This document shows, piece after piece, positions 57,898-64,000 of a DNA stretch of 64,000 bases. The DNA is from Gammaproteobacteria bacterium. Its GTDB lineage: Bacteria > Pseudomonadota > Gammaproteobacteria > Natronospirales > REEB76. Position numbers and translations under genes: made by a program. Numbering within the stretch: position 1 is the stretch's first letter; each line of letters begins with the position of its first letter. Under the pieces are notes generated by a model, which was not told where the DNA came from, did not search any database, and saw nothing but the letters and a program-made list of their open reading frames with translations. The stretch is from positions 157,138 to 221,137 of the forward strand of contig JBAWFA010000004.1 in assembly GCA_049591455.1 (NCBI GenBank), in the 5' to 3' direction.

Positions 57898-57913
57898 TGG
57901 CATGGCACTTGCT
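57898..57913 (+). promoter_or_regulatory. Sigma-54 (-24/-12) promoter P3
   Basis: TGGCAT-ggcac-TTGCT, about 75 nt upstream of ATG 57988. Confidence 0.75.
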
Positions 57914-57987
57914 TGATATACATGTAGGAACGATGGATATAAATCGTGCCATTCGCAAACCACCCAATGACTTATCAGGAGGCAAAT

Positions 57988-58326
57988 ATGAAAACCGCAA
58001 TCGCAACCACCCTAGCAACTCTGCTCGCACTTGGTGTGGGTGTAGCTTTCGCTGGCACACCGCAAAATGCCAGCCAGCAGAATATGCAGACACCGACAAT
58101 GGCTCAGCATGCTACGCCCGCCGATCCGCAAAACGCCTGCAGCAGTAAATACCCGGACTTCAACCAAGTAGATACTGCGCACCAAGGTTACATTACCAAG
58201 AAAGAAGCCCGGAAAGTTCCGGGTCTGGTGCAATCATTTAAAAAGGCCGATACCGACCACAATGGCAAGCTGAGTCAGGCGGAATATAAAGCTTGGGTCC
58301 AATCAAAATGCGGTTCCATGGGATAA
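57988..58326 (+). CDS. Secreted EF-hand calcium-binding protein (112 aa)
   Basis: RBS aggagg; signal peptide MKTAIATTLATLLALGVGVAFA. It has a canonical EF loop DTDHNGKLSQAE plus a degenerate one VDTAHQGYITKKE. The start was set to ATG 57988. Confidence 0.7.
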   Translation: MKTAIATTLATLLALGVGVAFAGTPQNASQQNMQTPTMAQHATPADPQNACSSKYPDFNQVDTAHQGYITKKEARKVPGLVQSFKKADTDHNGKLSQAEYKAWVQSKCGSMG

Positions 58327-58407
58327 CCCAAGGATCAGGCGCTCCCGCCGCCGCACGGTTGAGTTGAAGCTCTTGGCGGCCGGTCAAACGCCGTATATAT
58401 AAAAGCA

Positions 58408-58449
58408 TTCTCGGCCGCGCCCCGTAAGCCGTGGGGTTGCGGCCGAGAA
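58408..58449 (+). terminator. Long imperfect hairpin after the EF-hand gene (terminator or REP-like element)
   Basis: ttctcggccgc-g-cccc-gtaagccgt-gggg-tt-gcggccgagaa, giving 11 + 4 bp of pairing. It is flanked by TATATA-like AT-rich runs, and no clean U-tract follows on the plus strand. Confidence 0.45.
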
Positions 58450-58533
58450 CGCTGTATATTGTAAGAGACCGTGAGAGCCAAAGGACCACGCTGACTTGGT
58501 CCTGCAATCTGTCAAGGCCGCCAGAACAGGATT

Positions 58534-60036
58534 ATGACCAGGGCAGCCTCCTGTTGCCGACGCCATCGCAGCAGCGCACACAAGGTTTGGAGCAGCAGTG
58601 TGAAATTAATCCAGTCCAGCTCCATACGCAAACGGATACTGTTCGCCTTCTCGCTGGTGGTACTGCCGCTGATCGTCGGACTGGCTGCGGCGATTCTTTC
58701 CATCCAGAAACTCGGCACTCAGGGCCAACTCGCGGTCCTGAACGCGGCTAACACAGTACAATATAGCCGCCTGTTGTTGGAAGAACTGCCCGACATGGAG
58801 CGTAATGCGCTTCAATACAGGGTGCTGCATGACCCATCGCTATACGCGCTGTATGTGGAACGCCACCAGCAATTTCAGCAGACCAGTGCTGACTTTTCCC
58901 GTCTGAATCTCAACGATGCCATGCGCGAGAAACTCAACGAACTCAGCACGCGCGAACTGGTGGTGTTCAACAATTTCTCAAAAGTTAATCCGAACTCGGC
59001 CGACTCCAGTATTGCAGTGGCACAATTCGAGGATCTTAATAACCTGGCGCGATCCATTCTGGCACAAGGCACGCAATCCATCGCCACCGAAATCAACAAC
59101 ATGCAAACAGCCGCCAGCCGGCACCAGCGCCAGTTGGCATGGCTGGCTGCGATTCTGATCCTGCTGGCTTTTCTATTGGCGCTGGTGTTCATCGTGCACA
59201 TCACCCGGCCAATACGGGCAATAGACCAGGCCATCCGGAAACTGGGTGCCGGCGAACTCGCCACTCCCATCCTCGTGCAAGGACCGCGTGATTTGGAAGA
59301 ACTGGGCAAGCGCCTCGACTGGTTGCGTGCCCGCCTGCTTGAGCTTGAAGAACACCGCGTCCGTTTCCTGAGACACATTTCCCATGAACTCAAAACGCCG
59401 CTGACCAACATACGTGAAGGAACCCAGTTGCTAACCGAGCAGGTGGTGGGCCCTCTTAACCCGGAACAGCTTGAGATTGCACAGATTCTGAACAAAAATG
59501 GCCTGCAGCTGCAAAAACGAATCGAAGATCTGTTGAATTTCAGCGCCGCGCAAGGATCCCGAATCTTCAAGGAGGATCAACTGGTGAAATTCAATCGCGT
59601 GGTGACGAAGGTGGTGGAGGAACAAAAAATGGCCATCAAGGCCAAACACATCAAAATTGACGCCCGTTTGCGCGAAGCCACAGTTCTTGCGGATGCAGAA
59701 GAAATTCGCATCGTCGTGGACAACCTGCTTTCCAATGCCATTAAATACTCTCCCACCGGCGGCACGATCCGACTGTTCCTTAAAGTCAAGGACGGGCAGG
59801 CAGTTCTGCACGTGAAGGATCAAGGCCCAGGAATACGACCGGATGAAAAGGAGAAGATTTTTGAGGCCTTCTATCAGGGTCAGGACAGCAATTCCGGTTA
59901 TGTGAAAGGCACGGGCCTGGGTTTGTCCATCGCTCGTGAATACATGCGTGTCCACCATGGGGTCATTGAAATTGTCGAACAACAAAAGGGCGCGCATTTC
60001 CGCGTTGCCCTGCCGGCAGCCCGCCTGGGAGTTTGA
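58534..60036 (+). CDS. Sensor histidine kinase, GlrK/QseE-like (2 TM, HAMP, HisKA, HATPase)
   Basis: H-box FLRHISHELKTPLTNI, N-box LLSNAIKYSP and G-box GTGLGLSIAREY. The likely real start is GTG at about 58600 (VKLIQSS...), preceded by ggag. Confidence 0.85.
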   Translation: MTRAASCCRRHRSSAHKVWSSSVKLIQSSSIRKRILFAFSLVVLPLIVGLAAAILSIQKLGTQGQLAVLNAANTVQYSRLLLEELPDMERNALQYRVLHDPSLYALYVERHQQFQQTSADFSRLNLNDAMREKLNELSTRELVVFNNFSKVNPNSADSSIAVAQFEDLNNLARSILAQGTQSIATEINNMQTAASRHQRQLAWLAAILILLAFLLALVFIVHITRPIRAIDQAIRKLGAGELATPILVQGPRDLEELGKRLDWLRARLLELEEHRVRFLRHISHELKTPLTNIREGTQLLTEQVVGPLNPEQLEIAQILNKNGLQLQKRIEDLLNFSAAQGSRIFKEDQLVKFNRVVTKVVEEQKMAIKAKHIKIDARLREATVLADAEEIRIVVDNLLSNAIKYSPTGGTIRLFLKVKDGQAVLHVKDQGPGIRPDEKEKIFEAFYQGQDSNSGYVKGTGLGLSIAREYMRVHHGVIEIVEQQKGAHFRVALPAARLGV

Positions 60037-60621
60037 ATGTACATTATTTGGCGTTACATGCCTTTACTACTCGCCGCACCGATGTTCATATCCATGGCGG
60101 GCTGTGTCCCACACGCCGCACGGCCGGATGTGGTGGTGGTGCCGGAGACAAGCGAAGACCAGATTGCGCAGGTTTTGGACTATGTAAGCATCATTTCGAA
60201 TGAACCTCCTGCTGCGCAAGCGGCGGCGCAGGAAAAACTGGCGGTCCAACTTAAGTTGACGCAGTTCCCAGAGGACCGAATGCGCCTCGCCCTGTTGGAC
60301 GCCCTGCTACCCGCACCCGCACGCAATGACGGCCACGCGACCATGCTGCTTTCAGGATACAACTGGGAAGCCGTGGGACCGGGCTTCAAGGGATTGGCCG
60401 TGTTGGTCTTGAGTGTCCTGAAGGCGCGGCAGATAGATGCCAGCAATTACCAGGCGCTCACGGAGCAGTTGACGTCCGAGCGTACTCAAAAAGCCCACCT
60501 GCAGCAACAGCTCGATGCATTGAAGAGCATCGAAAAAACCATGAACAGCCGCGACAAACCCGTCGTGACGTCGCCTGCAGCCAACTCCCATGCTCCCGCC
60601 ACGCCGCCCAGTGAACCATGA
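60037..60621 (+). CDS. Lipoprotein encoded between the kinase and regulator genes (QseG/YfhG position)
   Basis: Lipobox ISMAGC and a helical/coiled-coil segment (QLTSERTQKAHLQQQLDALKSIEK). The ATG abuts the HK stop and the stop overlaps the RR start (ATGA). The assignment is by position only. Confidence 0.55.
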   Translation: MYIIWRYMPLLLAAPMFISMAGCVPHAARPDVVVVPETSEDQIAQVLDYVSIISNEPPAAQAAAQEKLAVQLKLTQFPEDRMRLALLDALLPAPARNDGHATMLLSGYNWEAVGPGFKGLAVLVLSVLKARQIDASNYQALTEQLTSERTQKAHLQQQLDALKSIEKTMNSRDKPVVTSPAANSHAPATPPSEP

Positions 60622-62009
60622 CTCCAGCGGTAACCCAAACCCACGCGGCACAAGGGCGCATCCTGGTAGTGGATGACGACCCGGGTCTGCAGCGCCTCTT
60701 GGTGATGCGCCTGACTGCTGCCGGTCACAAGGTTCAAACGGCGGACAGCGGCGAACAGGCGCTGGTGCAATTGCCGTTGTTCCGGCCGCAGGTGGTGATT
60801 ACCGACCTGCGTATGAGCGGCATGGATGGCATGACCTTGTTCAACAACATCCGTCGCCGCGACCAGACCTTACCGGTGATCATCCTCACCGCCCACGGCA
60901 CCATCCCCGACGCCGTGGATGCTACCTACAACGGCGTGTTTGCGTACCTCACCAAACCTTTTGACAGCCAGATGTTGTTGAAATGGGTGGACGATGCCCT
61001 GCGCATTGCCGGCAAGCCTTACCTGCCGGAGGAACATGACCCCACGCCGTCTTGGCGTACTGGCATCATCACCCGTAGCCTGCTGATCGAAGACCTGTTG
61101 CATCAGGCAAAGCTGGTGTCCTCCGGCGATGTTGCCGTCCTCATTCAGGGTGAGAGCGGCACCGGCAAGGAACTGCTGGCGCGTGCCATCCACCAAGCCA
61201 GTCCCCGCGCCGACAAGCCTTTCGTGGCTGTGAATTGTGCCGCCATTCCCGAAACCCTACTGGAATCCGAGCTATTCGGTTACAGCAAAGGTGCGTTTAC
61301 CGGTGCCACTGCGGACCGGCGCGGGTTATTCCAGGCCGCCGATGGCGGAACCCTGTTTCTGGATGAAATCGGCGACATGCCCTTGAGTTTCCAGGTAAAG
61401 CTGCTGCGCGTTCTGCAGGAAAAGGAGGTCCGCCCGGTGGGCGCGAATCATCCAGTGGCCGTGGATGCACGCATTATTTCAGCGACCAATCGGGACCTTG
61501 AACAGCGGGTCACGTCACGTGAATTCCGCGAGGATTTGTTCTACCGGCTGGCTGTGGTGCCATTGACTATGCCACCGCTGGCAGCCCGCCGTGAAGATAT
61601 CCCACTGCTGGTTACCCATTTTCTGAGCCTGTTGTCCAAAGGCAATGGAAAGAAAATCAGGGGTTTCTCGCCCCAGGCAATGGAATTGCTGCTGAGTGCC
61701 CCCTGGCCTGGAAACGTACGCCAGTTGCAAAACGTGGTTGAGCAAACTGCGGCGCTCGCGACCACACCGCTTATACCCGAGATACTGGTTCAGAACGCGC
61801 TCCGCGACAAGACTGGGCAGGTAGCTTCACTCTCAGAGGCACGGGAACATTTCGAACGGGAATATCTGGTGCAACTTCTGCAGATTACTGAAGGTAATGT
61901 TAGCCAGGCAGCACATCTGGCCAAGCGCAATCGCACTGAATTTTACAAGCTGCTGCACCGGTATCAACTCGATCCGGTAGCGTTCCGCACGGGCTCCGGA
62001 GAAAGCTGA
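60618..62009 (+). CDS. Sigma-54-dependent response regulator, NtrC family (GlrR/QseF-like)
   Basis: REC domain ([10 protein letters not shown]...[12 protein letters not shown]), AAA+ Walker A GESGTGKE, the sigma-54 contact loop GAFTGA and a C-terminal Fis-type HTH ([21 protein letters not shown]). Confidence 0.9.
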   Translation: MTPAVTQTHAAQGRILVVDDDPGLQRLLVMRLTAAGHKVQTADSGEQALVQLPLFRPQVVITDLRMSGMDGMTLFNNIRRRDQTLPVIILTAHGTIPDAVDATYNGVFAYLTKPFDSQMLLKWVDDALRIAGKPYLPEEHDPTPSWRTGIITRSLLIEDLLHQAKLVSSGDVAVLIQGESGTGKELLARAIHQASPRADKPFVAVNCAAIPETLLESELFGYSKGAFTGATADRRGLFQAADGGTLFLDEIGDMPLSFQVKLLRVLQEKEVRPVGANHPVAVDARIISATNRDLEQRVTSREFREDLFYRLAVVPLTMPPLAARREDIPLLVTHFLSLLSKGNGKKIRGFSPQAMELLLSAPWPGNVRQLQNVVEQTAALATTPLIPEILVQNALRDKTGQVASLSEAREHFEREYLVQLLQITEGNVSQAAHLAKRNRTEFYKLLHRYQLDPVAFRTGSGES

Positions 62010-62011
62010 AC

Positions 62012-63091
62012 TTACAGCCCGCTCCCCGGTGTCGGCGGCAACAGCCACATATGGCTGTACCAGTAATAGCGGCTATTCACCAGCGCGGTGCAGTTGTAGC
62101 GGCTGCGGCCCACGTCCAACGCATGATCAGCCTGCAAACTGAAGCGTGTCCTGGCCGCATCCAGCCAGTTGATAGGCATAGTCGGACCGTTAAGATAGCA
62201 ATGCAATGCCGCCGGCGGAACCATCCCCGGTGCCAGTGAGACCGTGAGCCGTGGTGGGTTGTTGCTTGTGATGAGCGGATTCCAGGGTGTGAGTTGCGTG
62301 ATAGGCAACGGCAAACTCCGGGCCTTGAGCATGAAGCTCGTCAGATCGGCATAGTGTTCCTCGATGGGGAAACGCGGCAAGGCACGCGGATCAAACGGTT
62401 CACCCAGGACACCGGCCTCCTGACCGAATGCCACAAAGCCCAAGCCATTCACCAGCTCCACCAGATCCTGGTCGTATTCACCGTAAGGATACGCAAACAG
62501 CTTGGGTGATGCATTGGTATGCGGACCCAATTCCGCCTGCAGGCGAGCCTGGGCCTGCAAAATATCGCGACGCATCCGGTCAGCCCAAGCCATGTCGGTT
62601 TCGCCTTTGTCCCGGAAGGGCAGATGGGCGTGATCCACCGTGTGATCGCCAAAGGTCGCGCCGTGTTTTTCCATGTCCCGCAGCTCGTCCCAAGTCATGA
62701 AATCCGGCAAGTGCTGGTCAATAGCTCCGGTACTGACAAACAGCGTGAACGGCCAACCGCGCGCCTTCAGGCGCGGATAGGCGTTTTCATATACCGACTG
62801 GAACGCGTCATCAATCGTAATAGCCACCACATAATCCGGAAGGGCCTTATTCTCCTTCAGGTAATCCACGATCTTGGGCAGCGGCCAGACTTGGTAATTA
62901 TTTTTTGCTAGCCAGCTCAACTGCGCATCAAACTGATCCAGACGAATGTTGGTGGAGGGATAACGGTCATCGCCGAAACGGTGGTAGATAAACACCACCG
63001 CATGGGACGGCACCGCGCAGCATACGGTGAGCGGCCACAACAGGCATATACACAAAATAGCTATGCGTCTCTTGTTCAGGTTGTTGGTCAT
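62012..63091 (-). CDS. Secreted polysaccharide deacetylase (NodB-domain, PgaB-N-like)
   Basis: Signal sequence after MTNNLNKRR and NodB motifs VAITIDDAFQSVYENAYP and ...FGDHTVDHAHL. The start was set to ATG 63091. Confidence 0.75.
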   Translation of the reverse strand: MTNNLNKRRIAILCICLLWPLTVCCAVPSHAVVFIYHRFGDDRYPSTNIRLDQFDAQLSWLAKNNYQVWPLPKIVDYLKENKALPDYVVAITIDDAFQSVYENAYPRLKARGWPFTLFVSTGAIDQHLPDFMTWDELRDMEKHGATFGDHTVDHAHLPFRDKGETDMAWADRMRRDILQAQARLQAELGPHTNASPKLFAYPYGEYDQDLVELVNGLGFVAFGQEAGVLGEPFDPRALPRFPIEEHYADLTSFMLKARSLPLPITQLTPWNPLITSNNPPRLTVSLAPGMVPPAALHCYLNGPTMPINWLDAARTRFSLQADHALDVGRSRYNCTALVNSRYYWYSHMWLLPPTPGSGL

Positions 63092-63158
63092 GTTGCCACT
63101 CCGGCAAAAAAATAAAGGCGCCCGCAGGCGCCTTCCGTGGCTTATGGAAAACAAATAA

Positions 63159-64000
63159 TTATCTGTTGATGCCGTCTATAGCGCGTTTGTCCACGGCTAA
63201 TGACGCCTGGTGCATCACTTCGGACAGGGTGGGATGCGCATGGATGGTGCGCTGAATATCCTCGGCGCTGGCGCGGAACTCCATGGCGGTCACCGCTTCA
63301 GCAATCATTTCCGAGGCCATGGGTCCGACAATATGTACGCCCAGGATTTCGTCAGTATCTGCATGAGCCAGCATCTTCACCATACCGGCGGCGGCTTCCA
63401 TGGCTTTAGCCCGGCCGTTTGCGGCGAATGGGAATGTTCCTGTTTTGTACTTGATGCCCTGTTTCCTGAGTTCTTCCTCGGTCTTGCCTACCCAGGCGAT
63501 TTCGGGCCAAGTGTAGATGACCGATGGAATCACATCGTAATTCATTTCAGCTACCTTGCCGGCAATTAAATCCGCCACCATGATGCCCTCTTCCGAACCC
63601 TTGTGGGCCAGCATGGGTCCGCGCACGCAATCGCCGATGGCCCAGATACTCTTCACACTGGTGCGGCATTCCCCATCCACCTGGATGAAACCGCGTGGGT
63701 CGAGTTTCACACCACTGCCGTCTTCCAGCAGATTGCTGGTAGCAGGCCGGCGCCCCACAGCGACAATAAGTTTGTCAACTTCGATATCGTGCTTGCCACC
63801 TTTGTCCTCGTAATGCACCGCGATGCCGGTCTTGCCCTTGCCGGTGCCAGTGACTTTCGCGCCCAGGCGTACATCCAAGTCCTGTTTTTTGAATTCGCGC
63901 GCCGCGGTCTGGGCGATCTGCTGATCCGCCATGAACAGAAAATTATCCATAGCTTCGAGGATGATCACTTGGGAACCCAAACGCTGCCAGACACTGCCGA
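63159..64000 (-). CDS. lpdA: Dihydrolipoyl dehydrogenase, C-terminal part (5' end beyond the window)
   Basis: WAIGDCVRGPMLAHKGSEEG, the dimerisation-domain motif TIHAHPTLSE, and the frame stays open to the window edge. Confidence 0.85.
   Translation of the reverse strand, partial: GSVWQRLGSQVIILEAMDNFLFMADQQIAQTAAREFKKQDLDVRLGAKVTGTGKGKTGIAVHYEDKGGKHDIEVDKLIVAVGRRPATSNLLEDGSGVKLDPRGFIQVDGECRTSVKSIWAIGDCVRGPMLAHKGSEEGIMVADLIAGKVAEMNYDVIPSVIYTWPEIAWVGKTEEELRKQGIKYKTGTFPFAANGRAKAMEAAAGMVKMLAHADTDEILGVHIVGPMASEMIAEAVTAMEFRASAEDIQRTIHAHPTLSEVMHQASLAVDKRAIDGINR

Overview
This is a 64-kb chromosomal segment from a high-GC proteobacterium. The gene order bcp-gcvR-dapA-lipoprotein, ybgC-tolQRAB-pal-cpoB, ruvCAB, mlaFEDCB and HK-lipoprotein-sigma54 RR is Gammaproteobacteria-like, but I cannot name the species.

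Layout:
(1) 1-7.6 kb: a minus-strand tripartite ABC efflux operon, in the order adaptor, TolC-like OMP, ATPase, then two tandem giant FtsX/MacB-type permeases. The last permease runs off the window.
(2) 7.6-14.5 kb: an accessory block holding an interrupted ORF, an AraC regulator, a cyclophilin-like protein, a secreted alpha/beta hydrolase, an MDR dehydrogenase, two tandem DUF899 genes and a small membrane protein.
(3) 14.5-27.0 kb: a visibly lower-GC island ending at tRNA-Ser(GGA). It carries a two-gene CBASS (SMODS-type CD-NTase plus patatin effector), a divergent DEDDy PolB-like exonuclease, and an uncharacterised 194-aa gene plus a small PD-(D/E)xK nuclease sitting where a phage portal gene would be. 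It also carries a decapitated phage packaging/integration module (TerL, DUF5681, ParB-methyltransferase, DUF2924, large serine recombinase). Last is a stand-alone Abi/UG-type reverse transcriptase preceded by about 430 nt of GC-richer, ORF-free, stem-loop-rich DNA.
(4) 27-53.7 kb: core genes, namely dapA, gcvR, bcp, PIN-PhoH, fadL-like, bepA-like, mlaA, mlaFEDCB, class I aldolase, tRNA-Lys, queCE, the Tol-Pal cluster, ruvCAB, yebC, relA and a Bax-like glucosaminidase.
(5) 53.8-62 kb: three near-identical regulatory modules. Each has two TGTC-N10-GACA-type sites followed by a TGGCAT-N5-TTGC sigma-54 promoter, and each drives small secreted or lipoprotein genes, two paralogous ~96-aa genes, exbB-exbD-tonB and an EF-hand protein. 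They lie directly upstream of a GlrK/QseG/GlrR-like HK-lipoprotein-sigma54 activator operon.
(6) A polysaccharide deacetylase and a partial lpdA.

No rRNA, CRISPR array or IS element was seen.

The most interesting candidates are the RT with its possible ncRNA, the unknown+nuclease cassette and exonuclease next to CBASS, and the triplicated sigma-54 regulon.

All functional calls come from motif recognition by eye; no searches were run. Hand-indexed motif coordinates may be off by 1-2 nt.
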